Assembly (NCBI GenBank): GCA_003614675.1
Contig: ML002221.1
Coordinates: 1 to 64,000 of the forward strand
Reading direction: 5' to 3'
From: Dimargaris cristalligena
Lineage: Eukaryota
DNA: 64,000 nucleotides
The translations under genes were made by a program, and so were the position numbers. This document shows, one piece after another, positions 1 to 9,994 of this stretch (positions are counted from its first letter, which is position 1; each line of letters begins with the position of its first letter). Under the pieces are notes generated by a model that was not told the origin of the DNA, did no database searches, and worked only from the letters and a program-made list of their open reading frames with translations.

Positions 1-54
1 CAATAAGTGCGAAAAATGGATTAAAAATAAAAGTAGGTAAAAAATGTGGTAAGT

Positions 55-268
55 TTACCACACTATATATACTCACTCCCCTTATACTGACTAGTAAGTG
101 TACCTACTTTATATCCCTTACCTATACCTGCATTTTTAGCCTTTATTAGTTAGTACTATACCCCTACCTAATGCTAGTGAACTGCTTAGCCAAGTCTAAG
201 CCCCATCTACTGTTAGAAGCCTATCCTTGGGACTCTTAATGGGCTAAGAGTGGCTAACCCAGGCAGCA
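55..268 (+). mobile_element. Degenerate LTR-like repeat (copy A; 3' part, same family as 60996-61420 and 62563-62991)
   Basis: Aligns by eye with 62781-62989: ccttatactgactagtaagt / ccttatattgactagtaagt; gcctttattagttagtactat in both; agtctaagccccatctac..ttagaagcctatcct in both; ctaagagtggctaacccagg / ctaagagtagttaacccggg. No CpG between positions 12 and 603. Confidence 0.75.
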
Positions 269-289
269 AGTAATATTATAAATTATCAA

Positions 290-560
290 ACTCTAGTACT
301 TCATTGATAGAATCAGTTGATGGATGAACTGAGAAACTAAAGGCAGGTTAGTAAAAATTTCCTGGATTATTAAGCATAATAATAACTGAGGGTTGAGATA
401 ATTAATGAAGGTAGACAATGTAACAGGAGGCCTGGTGAGGACTAATAAGCAGTGTGCTGAGAAGGGCCAAATATGTATCAAACTAGATGAGTATAGTTAG
501 TTTACACTTATAATAACTGTATTATATATTTTATTTAAAATTACAGGAGAAGGTCAATGT
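290..560 (+). pseudogene. Possible heavily decayed Ty3/gypsy pol (RNase H end) fragment
   Basis: Broken frames give RIS*WM ... KFPG ... ITEG/LR, loosely like the RxxRW...PGxxNxxADxLSR motif. CpG-free and adjacent to the LTR-like copy. Weak. Confidence 0.25.
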
Positions 561-998
561 AACTATACAAGATATTTAATAGTATGTGTATGGTGAAAAT
601 GGCCGGGAGATTTACCTTTAATTAGTAGTTTTTGTCTAACCTGGAGAACTTTTTGTTGTACCATCGGGTTGAGTCTCTCCTGTATGGATATTCAAGTGGA
701 TAATCCCCACTTATATACCCTTTGTAATGTAATAGTCCGAAGGGGTCCACAGCCCCAATAAATAAATAATTATCTGGTCTCCCCGAAGAAAAGGCACAGC
801 CCAAAGGGTACCAATCAGTTATCAACCCAATCTGCCATATTAAAACTATAGAAGTATAAATGGGGCACTAACACATCATAGTGGTCAAATCATGTATTGA
901 TAAATTTACTGATTATAAAATTGTCATTTCGTTTATTCTAAAGAAGCTAAGCCCACTACTCAATAATCATGGTAATTCCTGGACCCACTCGGCCTCAG

Positions 999-1151
999 TG
1001 TAACAGTATCTGGGTCACTTCACCGAGGTGATTACTGTTTGCTTCTTGCATGGTAGAGGTGTATCTTGGTGAACAAGTTGGGCAGTGTAATATTCTTGGC
1101 CGAGATAAGGGATCACCTTGACCCAGAGTAGTCCAACTTCTGGGTGTTACA
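999..1151. mobile_element. 153-bp element with TGTAACA...TGTTACA inverted ends (mini solo-LTR or MITE-like)
   Basis: TGTAACA at 999-1005 and TGTTACA at 1145-1151; a second internal inverted pair TCTGGGTCA (1009-1017) / TGACCCAGA (1119-1127). No clear target-site duplication. Confidence 0.35.
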
Positions 1152-2516
1152 ATAGCTTGTGGCGGCTATTGCTCTCGGGTTTTCAACAAGTCCATTTGGT
1201 CATTGAGAACATTGGGGGATAGCCAAGGCAACTCAGCCACCATTTGTTCATTTTTTCGGAATATTTCCCCAACTGTCGGGCGGCGAACACGGATGGCCAA
1301 CTTGAGCTTATCATCGAGGTCGCGGTGCAGATACACAATCCCACCGGCTGTAGGAGCATCATGCCAAGACTGTCTCCAGGAAGAAATTGGGTTTGAATTA
1401 TCGCACTTTTTCTTGGCATTTTGCCATCCCTGTGCACCAGCATACATACAGTGATCATTATATATTGGGTATATTTTACAATCCCCACTGGACTCAGATG
1501 TGTCAAATTCCCAAAGCAAAATAGCTATGTATGCCTGTAAGTCAGCGTGATCTACTTCACAGGCGTAATCTCGGTCACGGAAGTCCGGGGTTGTATTCAT
1601 TAGTGCTTTCAACTCGGTGAATTGGCGGTTAGTGAAAAGGACCGCACTGATGCTGATCATCATTTGTTTCCAGATTAGGCACCTATTGTCCTTTCCCCAT
1701 GGCTCTTTGAATGTTACTTTGATAAATTTGAGTGTTTGTTCATTTTCGCGCTGCTTCTGAATGTCCTTGTCCAGTATGTCTAAATTAAGCAACCTTGCAT
1801 TTATCGTAAGAATATCGTCAGTATTTAATTCCGACAAGAAACCTAGCATCGGGAACAGGGCAAGCTTTTGGTCGAGGTTTAACTGAGTATAGTCCAAATA
1901 CCCCCATTCCGCCTTAATGGCACTCCTTCGTTCTTTGTCGGACAGGTCTATCCAGGATTCTGCGGAAAGAGGCGCCGGCGTCGTATCTTCGGTTACCCCC
2001 ACACTATAGCCATTGCTATTAATCCAGGCTCGGGACATGAGTGCGTCCATTGGCTGCATTGGAAAGAGACGTTGCAGACCGCGAAAATCGATTGGAAACC
2101 TGTTGTATATTACAGGTGATATTTTACTCCTCATCTTTTGGTATTTAAATAATACCGGAGTAGACACGTCAACCAAATACCATAATTAATAATGGGGATT
2201 AATCGATGGGCATAGAAGTGGAGTAGCTATACACATAGTTTGACCATGGACGTGTAACCTAAATAAGAAGTGTTATAATAGAGGAACCACCACAAATAAT
2301 GCCTATTTGAGTGACAGGGGCAAAAAGGCAGTTAGGGATGAACCTGGTAGACTTACTTGGAGAATTACATGGGTAGGTTTGTGTAGATTAGAAAGATAGT
2401 TCGATTTGTCATCAACCTCGGATAGTTCATAGCGGTCATTCGGTGGCAAATAGTCCAAAACATTGTAGAAAACTTCACGGGGCAGGAATGAAAGCCTGTT
2501 GATGGGGTTGTTTTGA

Positions 2517-2548
2517 GGGGCTCTGGTTTTGGGGGGCTCTGGTTTTGG
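2517..2548. repeat. Exact 16-bp tandem duplication (GGGGCTCTGGTTTTGG x2) that causes a frameshift
   Basis: 2517-2532 and 2533-2548 are identical; the peptide PKTRAPQN appears in both reading frames of the ORF track. Confidence 0.9.
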
Positions 2549-2627
2549 GGGAGTCCATAGCTGGCGTAACGCCAATTAGTTGACCATCGTTGTCTTGGTG
2601 GGTAGATTTCTGATTACCTGCAACGGA

Positions 2628-2711
2628 GTCGTCAAAGTCGTCAAAATCGTCGTTAAAGTCGTCAAAATCGTCGTCAAAGTTGTCAAAATCGTCGTCAAAG
2701 TTGTCAAAATC
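2628..2711. repeat. Coding minisatellite, 4 x 21 bp (DFD[N/D]F[D/N]D heptads on the minus strand)
   Basis: Units GTCGT(C/T)AAAGT(C/T)GTCAAAATC start at 2628, 2649, 2670 and 2691. Confidence 0.9.
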
Positions 2712-5700
2712 GTCGTCATCGGAATTATTTCCATAATCCGATGTATTGTTGCCAAGCTGGGTTTCGTAGCCTGATACTTCGCCTAAATCCGCAGGCTGGG
2801 GACGGCCAGTAACACTACAGGCCAGGGCTAGGCCGAGCAAAGTGATAGGGACAAGGTACGGCTTCATTGTCAAAAGACGGGAAATCGATGGGGCGGACAG
2901 GATAAAGTCTTAAAAACGTAGACTAGTCAATAATAAGTTAATACTAATTACTGAATACAATAGTGTAATAAAAAAGAGCGCAAGGAAATTCGAATACTGG
3001 CTAGAGTCCGGTGGGTCTGGGGAAGGTGTGGTGGAATGAATATGAGGGGAGGATGGGTACTTTATATATTGGTGTCGGATGCTGGAGAAGCATGGATAGG
3101 GAAGAAAGCCCCACCGGGTCTGTATGGGAAAAGGGGAAATTATGTTTAACCAATATACATTATCCAGTGAGAAATGGTGATAGATAAATCACATACCCTG
3201 CCTGTGAGACACAACCGAGGAAAGGGGAACCGTTCCACCAAAAGAGGATGGGTGATCATTTCGAACCAAGCCGCTGGAATAGGTCCCCGAGGACCCTAGA
3301 AACCAATCTGCTTGCGCCAAGAAAATGCCACAGAGATGACCAAGCTGTAGCCATATAATTATGTGCTCATTCTTCATGTTGGTACAATTCCAACCAAGGG
3401 AGGTTGGCACCACTCATGGGTGAGAGGTCAATAAACCCATCCACAATATGTGTTATCCAAGTGAAGGAGACCTGTTGGGCTACATTGTGGCCCATTTATC
3501 CCCCACCATGGGAGAGGATGGCCATACCCCAACAGAGCCTCATCTCAGAGGAATAATACATATCACCCGATTGAATTATTCATTTAGTTGTCTGTCCCGC
3601 TTAGTCTCCTAGTTATTTCACGCAGTTCTCTAGCCCAACTCGGCCTTTTCGGCTGCACGATGGTAGGGTCTTTAATAGGCAATACATCTAATTAGAGATA
3701 ATTGTAAGTACGGAGGGAACTTCCTTGATTCATGTAGGGGAGCGGAGGATGAGATATTGGTAAGTTCATATGGCCCTACATTAGTGCTGTTAGTATACTA
3801 GCTCCTCATTGACCGGGTACTATCACAGCTGTATGCATAAGATTGGGTGATTACAGTGTAACCCTGAGTGGTGAATCGTCCCCTTGGTTCCCTTTTAACC
3901 TAGTGTTCCGATTGGCTGTAGAGCTACCATTCAAGGAATGGCCACCGCATAAAGGTCCCCTGTTCATACTCCTCGTTGTTGAACTCAAGCTACAAAAAAA
4001 TATTTTAAAAAAAAGGGTTCCAAAGATGCAAGGGAACAGCCAATAAACCAACTGGATACGGTGGTGTCGGCCTTCGCCCATCTTTCATCATCGCCTTTGG
4101 CTATTTTAGGATGGTTGAAAGTTTCCGATCTCCAACCAAGAATTCCCAATGACTATTTCGGTACAGTTGTCCAATGGTTTTCCTTTCGACTCTTCCCTGT
4201 TCCTTTATGGTTGTGGTCGGGGCTGCTTGAGGGGAGATAGATAGCCCCTCTTTGGCTATACCTGTCTATGGCGGACCTTGGCAACTATATGGGTTTACAG
4301 TGTCTTTTGGTTTTCTCTTTTTGGCTGCCGCAGATACCACTCTAACTTTGAGCTTCCACCCATTACCACTATGCATGGCCAGAAGCATACATATCACACA
4401 AATTATGGGAATAGACTATACCAGACTGTATCCCCTGCACCCCTAGATGAGAACTTATGAACAGCTAGGTGCCGCTATGCATCGAGCACACCACGACGAA
4501 GGCTTCACTTGGTAAATCTTGTAAAGCAGTTTGCCAAAACATTACTTCTGACCCAACAATTCCACCCCCTCCACCATTTAGAGCTGCCGTTTTCACCTAC
4601 ACTCCCTCCCGACATTGGCCCCATGTTCACCCAAATGAGCTCTTTCATTCTCGAATTAAATCCAAAAGGGCTAGTTATTGGCCACCTTTCTTTTGACCCT
4701 TTGAGACTATTGTTCCTTGAGTTACAATGTAGGCCTATAACTACTCTTTAAGGGTGTAGGCCGGGTTCCCCTCCACTGTGTTAGAGGGAAAGCATTGGGC
4801 TGGCCCAGGTCTTCAACAAGCCAATAGGCCAGCAGCGTCGTAGGTTCCCTGATCTGGAAGTGCCTTTGTGATACCTTAGCCTAATGGGCTACGTTGGGTT
4901 GGAAAGCCCAGAACACACCAACTTCTCACCTCCACAATTTTTAACAGGATTTGTCAGCGGAGGGGTTATGTATGTACATGAGAAGTTCATACAGGGTGTC
5001 TAGCGAAAAATCCGTTGGATGAGGCAACTATTACTGGTTGAAATCAAATCTACCGCCTAGTATCCCATATATCTTTTAAATCTTATATAGCTGGGCCGAA
5101 TTTCACCCATATGGGTTATTAGACATGTTACATCTGCCCCAACGGACGGATGCAATTCCGCGAGTACCAATGTATCTCCAACCCTGGCCGAGGATTGCAC
5201 GGCCGGAAATCAAGATAACCAGCGGCCTGGCCATCCAGAATCCCCGGCCTTGGACTGTGAATAAGCCCGGTGCATTATAAACGATGGCCGCAGCCCAAGA
5301 CCTTACTATTGTTATCCATGACATTCGGGGCATAATCTCACCGTATTCCTTCTAGGCCCTTCTCAAGGTCTCCATTCAAAAGCCGAGGGCTCCCTAGGCC
5401 CATCTGGAATGAACTGCCGCGTATGATAGAACTAGTACCGACTACATATAAAGGGTGCACTACCTATCACGTTTCATTTCCTTTGTTCACTAGCGCTCCC
5501 ATTGCTATTACTTTTATTTCGCTCATTTATATCACACTCATCATCATCAGTTTATAAAAGTTCGCTCATAATTATTCGCCAATATAATAGAATAAAAATG
5601 ATTATCCATTTACAGTAAAAACGAATGTTTTCTATAGCTCATGAAATTCCTAAAATGTACTATGAGGACATATGAATTTAACACCCGCTACCTCGTCAGT

Positions 5701-6022
5701 GGAGCCAGTACTGGTTAGGTATAACCCAACAGCCAGGGACCTTGTTAGCCTCTTAACCGCAATGGCCTCATTTTGCACCTAGGCATATTCGCCTGTTATA
5801 ACTAATTTTTATTCAGAATAATTTGTTAGATAATAAATAGCAAGGGTCTAACGAAATATGCTATAGCGAAATCGAATGAATATTCATATATTTATGAAAG
5901 TAAACACTGGACACCAATCCTTTATAACAGGCACTCAAATAGGGATATAAATTGGACTATAATATAACCTCTTATTTCCGACAGGATTACAATGTAAATA
6001 AACGTCTGTCAATTTTGTCAAT

Positions 6023-7336
6023 TTAAGACTTTTCCCTGAGATGTACCCCTTTAGTGTGCCTTCTAAGATTTGAAGCGGTTGTGAATGATCTTTGGCAATG
6101 TTCACAAACAAATGGCCTCTCCCCAGTGTGCGATCTTAAATGAGTGGCTAGCCTACTAGGGCGCGTAAACGATGTCGTGCATCTATTACAGTGAATTTTT
6201 TTTATCTCGCCGGCGCTGGAGTTACTGGCATGGGACTGGAGTTCAGATTCCTTCGTGGCCACAGAGTTACAGGGATTACAGGCATCAAGCGTTCCCTCGC
6301 CTAGTGTTGTCAAATCGCCATTCGGAGGAATACGGTTCGACAGTAAATCATCAGTTATCACGCCGGATTGGGTCGTCTTTTCGTGATGATCGTTTAAGTG
6401 GTCTAAGAGTTCGGTACAAGTGATAAATCGCGTTTGGCACTGGTCGCAAGTGTAAAGCGGATTCTTGGGGTCCTTAAGATCAATATGCATGATGCTGATG
6501 CCACGCCGCGCAAAAAGCGGTTCACAAAAGCCATCGGGGTAAGGCCTAACCCCAGTGTGTACTCCCATATGGACATCCAGCGTATTGGAGTTCTGAAATA
6601 AGCCCTCACAAAAGTTGCAGATGTGTGACTTGGCCCGAGCGATTGAGAGGCAATACTCGTCCAGAGCCTTTTGAAACTTGTACGAGAGCTCACAATGGTC
6701 AGAGAGAAAAGGCCTCTTCTTCACACTTTGTAATTTCGCTTGATCGTCACTGGGAACTAGCCCGGAGGGGCTAGGCAGGGTACGAAGGCGGGTCTCAGGG
6801 CCATCTCCCAATATTTTCTTCGTGGGCTGATTAGGTGGGCTGCCGTCTGATGCCCCTAGGCTTAAGGCGGTGGGATCCCAAGCCATGTCAACCAGATTGT
6901 TGAGGAAGCATGGGTCAAGGTCGACATTGGCCCGATAATCATTGCCGTCCGGTGCGTTATACACGCTACCCGCGGGATTGGGAAGTGAAGCAAAGTACCC
7001 GGAAACACCGCCGGGATTCTGGGCGCGATAGGGGCTGCTTAGTTCCTGGAAACTTGGGGCACTGCTGCCATCCACTGACGGTTCGAATGGATAATTGAAT
7101 AGTTGCAAATCACTGGCGTCTGGCTGGCTTACATAATTATAATTATCGTCAAGTAGGGAGTCGATGGGGTGCGGTCCTAGGGCCGTATTTGAGGTGGGTT
7201 CATCGAAATTATAAAGGTAACTAGGGGTATAGAAAATTGCATTCTCTGGATTGACCTCAGATGGGTTTGGTTCGGTAGCCCTCGCTACAGTGAGTAGCCC
7301 CAACCACAACAGCCCAGTTGTTTTGTGGGCTCTCAT
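6023..7336 (-). CDS. C2H2 zinc-finger protein with predicted N-terminal signal peptide (437 aa, single exon)
   Basis: N-terminus MRAHKTTGLLWLGLLTVARA|TEP (basic n-region, hydrophobic core, A-x-A site). Four canonical fingers (CNFC..HMGVH, CDQC..HLNDHH, CNRC..HLRSH, CEHC..HTKGVH), two degenerate fingers, and linkers TGVRPY and TGERPF. Confidence 0.9.
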   Translation of the reverse strand: MRAHKTTGLLWLGLLTVARATEPNPSEVNPENAIFYTPSYLYNFDEPTSNTALGPHPIDSLLDDNYNYVSQPDASDLQLFNYPFEPSVDGSSAPSFQELSSPYRAQNPGGVSGYFASLPNPAGSVYNAPDGNDYRANVDLDPCFLNNLVDMAWDPTALSLGASDGSPPNQPTKKILGDGPETRLRTLPSPSGLVPSDDQAKLQSVKKRPFLSDHCELSYKFQKALDEYCLSIARAKSHICNFCEGLFQNSNTLDVHMGVHTGVRPYPDGFCEPLFARRGISIMHIDLKDPKNPLYTCDQCQTRFITCTELLDHLNDHHEKTTQSGVITDDLLSNRIPPNGDLTTLGEGTLDACNPCNSVATKESELQSHASNSSAGEIKKIHCNRCTTSFTRPSRLATHLRSHTGERPFVCEHCQRSFTTASNLRRHTKGVHLREKS

Positions 7337-8389
7337 TTTAGGGGACCGGATTGATAAAGGTTGTTGAAAATCAGGTGCAAAAGAGTTTCAGCTAAGGCAG
7401 GATAGAGACAAGACCGCACGTAAATAGTATCATTTAGCGATGATAAAATTATGAAATAATATATCGTCTGTTTTGCTGGGGGGGAGGGCAACATAAGAAG
7501 AGAGAAATATCTGCGAGAAAGCTAATGAGAAAGCGAGCTGGGGTGTATATATATTCAAATAATACTAGGGTTGGCTATGCCAAGATACACACATACATAT
7601 ACAGTTGGCGTAATACCGTGTTCCTCGCTGACCACCTCGTCGAGGATGGGATATTTCCAAGTATCACAGTATCACGCTCTGTGACCTCAACCATATGCCT
7701 ATGTGTAATTGTCTGAAACAGGGTTGTGATGGTTTGAAGAACCCAACGATCCAATGGACCAGCGGACCCTCTGTTGCCGTCGTGGGCCATCCTATAAGCC
7801 AACGGGGCTGCACTGTTTTTCACAATCGTAGCACGAGAGAATATTACTCAGGCCGATGTGAAGACATTGTTGGTACTAAGATAAAGGCTGTCGCTGTAGT
7901 TTAGGCCCCCCTATGGTCATTGCCCATATTCTATTACCGCCGCTCCTAGATGCCTAGTTCAAAATACCTAATTTTGGTGTTAAGCCAACATTCACATCGT
8001 AACAGGCCGCTCGCTCAATGGTGTAACTAGTGTAACGGATGAAGAGGGCGCTGATATGCATTTCGGATTGGGGAGTTAATAAAAATAATATATTGTTATT
8101 GAAATTACATAACAATATTTGACCAAATGCGAGGTTGGGTGGATATATAGCCGACTATTTAATCTAATGGACTAGCTGGTCCTTTTATAAATAGCAGTAA
8201 ACGCGGAGAAAAATAGTATTGCAATGGCAGTGGCCTAGGTTAAATAAAAATATATACAATCTATAACCATAATAAACACCAGTGAAAAAGTATATTAGCA
8301 AATGTAATATAATATGTTGTGGGGTTTGGCGGGCTTTTCATCGGTGTCACGCCCACCGTACAGATGACTGTTGAGCGAAAACCGATACT

Positions 8390-9994
8390 TCATTGGGTTC
8401 CAATATACTGCGGGCAATTGAGGTGGGGATAGAGTTGTCTAAACTCCGACTCATCCCTCTCGGAGTTAAGTTTTACTCGGAGAGTGCTAAGTTTAGGTAG
8501 GCGTAAGACTAGGACTGACAAGTCGTACAGCCTTTGGTATGCATTCAAACCCATCGAAGTGATAGAAGCGCTGCAAAAGGTCTCTTTTCCCAGGAGCGAC
8601 AATTCAGAACTGTGGAAGCCGAAATCAACCACCGAAAGGTTAGAACATTGGGCGATTAGAGTTGCAATTGCCGAGGGGGGGCAAATACAGTCGCTGATGG
8701 TTAGGCGACGGAGACCCGGGAGGTTCCGACTTATTGATTGGCAGAGTTCGTCACTAAGCGGAAAACTGCGAAGGGCGAGTGCAACCAAATGGGACCACCT
8801 AAATGCGAATGGCTGGCTGAGCATGGGGTGGTCGGTTTGGTCCAGGAAACATAGTTTTTCCATAACGGTAAAATCCCAGTCGAGGCTTTTTAATCGAGGG
8901 AATCGGGCTGGATTAAGAACCTGGGCCACGGTCCGGTGGGCGGCCAAGTGGTTGGATTCGATGGCCAAGACGACTAAACCCCGGAAAACCTGATGCTCCC
9001 AATACTGGAGTAGATTCGGAAGTTGAGGGTACGGGGAAACCCGCAAGTGTTTTAATTGGGGAAGGTAAGGCAGCAAACCTTGGTAGAAATCGACGTCGAG
9101 AGACCCATCCTCGAATTTCAATGTCTGGAGAGTCGAGAAGAGACCGATGGTGACCAGGACGCCTTCCAAGTCCGCGAAATTTCTCGGACAGGTTATTCGT
9201 AAAGAGGGAATTTGGCTTAAATAGTGGCGGGTCGATATGGAGAACGCATCGTAGGTGACGCTTCGTAATCTGGAGCTATTACTAGTAGGTGGAATGAGAA
9301 TGGCCAATTTTTGAAGGGGATGAGACAGCTCCGCTAGTATTTCGGCGTACTTGGGCCAGTCGGCAAAATCGATATCCTCGAGGATCACCGAGACCAGACG
9401 AAGGTTCGAACTATTACAAAACTTCCGCAGCTCCGTGAGTTGGTCATGCAAGGCCATATGTTCCACAGTATGAATGGTAAGTTCCCGCGTGACATCCCGA
9501 AGGGACAACCCCGGGGAATAACCACCGACGGGATCCTCAAAGATAGCTTCGTGAAAGTAAGTACCGAACCCGTAGGCCATTCGAACCCGAAGTCGCAGCG
9601 AATGACACACGGCGGCCAATGCTCGCTGTTCCGCGTTGGCTAAGCGGTGGATAATCCGCTGCCCATACTCTTGGTTAATGGGATGGAAAAACCACATGAG
9701 GAGTTGCAATCCGATCCTGGGATCGCTTGGGGGGGAAGCCGGGGCTTGGATTGGGGCTGGGACCATTATTCCCTCTGAGGATGAGCCAGAGTGGGTTTGG
9801 GATTCGGATTCGTCGGATTCACCCGAGGAGGTGGTCTCCCCGTCACCAGCCTGCTCTAACCAGTAGTCCCAGTCGGCGAAGTCTAAATGGCCATGCGGAC
9901 GGGGGGCAGCTGAGACTGATATTTCAGTGGAGCCGACCATGAATGAATGTTCTTCGGAGGATTCAGATTCTGCGCGGCCGACTGGAAAAACCAT
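8390..9994 (-). CDS. F-box-like / RNI-type leucine-rich-repeat protein (~534 aa, single exon)
   Basis: Likely start is the ATG at 9994 (MVFPVGRAESES); the upstream 72 codons of the ORF run through a (TA)n tract. Acidic Ser-rich N-terminus, F-box-like QRIIHRLANAEQRALAAVCHSLR, then repeated LxxLxL units (LQKLAI, LQTLKF, LKHLRV, LKSLDW, LRRLTI, LSTLRV). Confidence 0.8.
   Translation of the reverse strand: MVFPVGRAESESSEEHSFMVGSTEISVSAAPRPHGHLDFADWDYWLEQAGDGETTSSGESDESESQTHSGSSSEGIMVPAPIQAPASPPSDPRIGLQLLMWFFHPINQEYGQRIIHRLANAEQRALAAVCHSLRLRVRMAYGFGTYFHEAIFEDPVGGYSPGLSLRDVTRELTIHTVEHMALHDQLTELRKFCNSSNLRLVSVILEDIDFADWPKYAEILAELSHPLQKLAILIPPTSNSSRLRSVTYDAFSISTRHYLSQIPSLRITCPRNFADLEGVLVTIGLFSTLQTLKFEDGSLDVDFYQGLLPYLPQLKHLRVSPYPQLPNLLQYWEHQVFRGLVVLAIESNHLAAHRTVAQVLNPARFPRLKSLDWDFTVMEKLCFLDQTDHPMLSQPFAFRWSHLVALALRSFPLSDELCQSISRNLPGLRRLTISDCICPPSAIATLIAQCSNLSVVDFGFHSSELSLLGKETFCSASITSMGLNAYQRLYDLSVLVLRLPKLSTLRVKLNSERDESEFRQLYPHLNCPQYIGTQ

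Larger units (their letters stand above)
1166..2867 (-). pseudogene. Disrupted gene for a secreted protein: signal peptide + Asp/Phe repeat + F-box-like motif + ~330-aa helical domain of unknown function
   Basis: ATG at 2867 gives MKPYLVPITLLGLALACSVTG|RPQ (signal peptide). Removing one copy of the 16-bp duplication at 2517-2548 joins this frame to LSFLPREVFYNVLDYLPPNDRYELSEV (F-box-like). GTAAGT donor at 2356, candidate acceptors at 2303 and 2259. Long ORF 2176-1166 follows on the same strand, with an in-frame TAA at 2188-2186 just upstream. TATATAAA on the minus strand near 3061-3068. Joining the last ORF to the 5' part is inferred. Confidence 0.6.

Noticed and set aside
622..825. 67-aa minus-strand ORF with protein-like composition
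   Set aside because: Non-ATG start, no recognisable motif and no splice support.
2580..2774. ORF with striking (VVKIVVK)n amphipathic repeat
   Set aside because: It is the antisense reading of the Asp/Phe minisatellite; the minus-strand frame has the ATG and signal peptide.
3190..4960. Possible decayed non-LTR or other transposon (LFRYSCP, LWRTLATIW fragments)
   Set aside because: Only scattered weak motifs in different frames, with no termini or second copy in the window; needs a tBLASTx search.
5440..5590. CATATAAAGG plus pyrimidine-rich leader resembling an orphan promoter
   Set aside because: No downstream ORF on the plus strand; cannot be told from chance.
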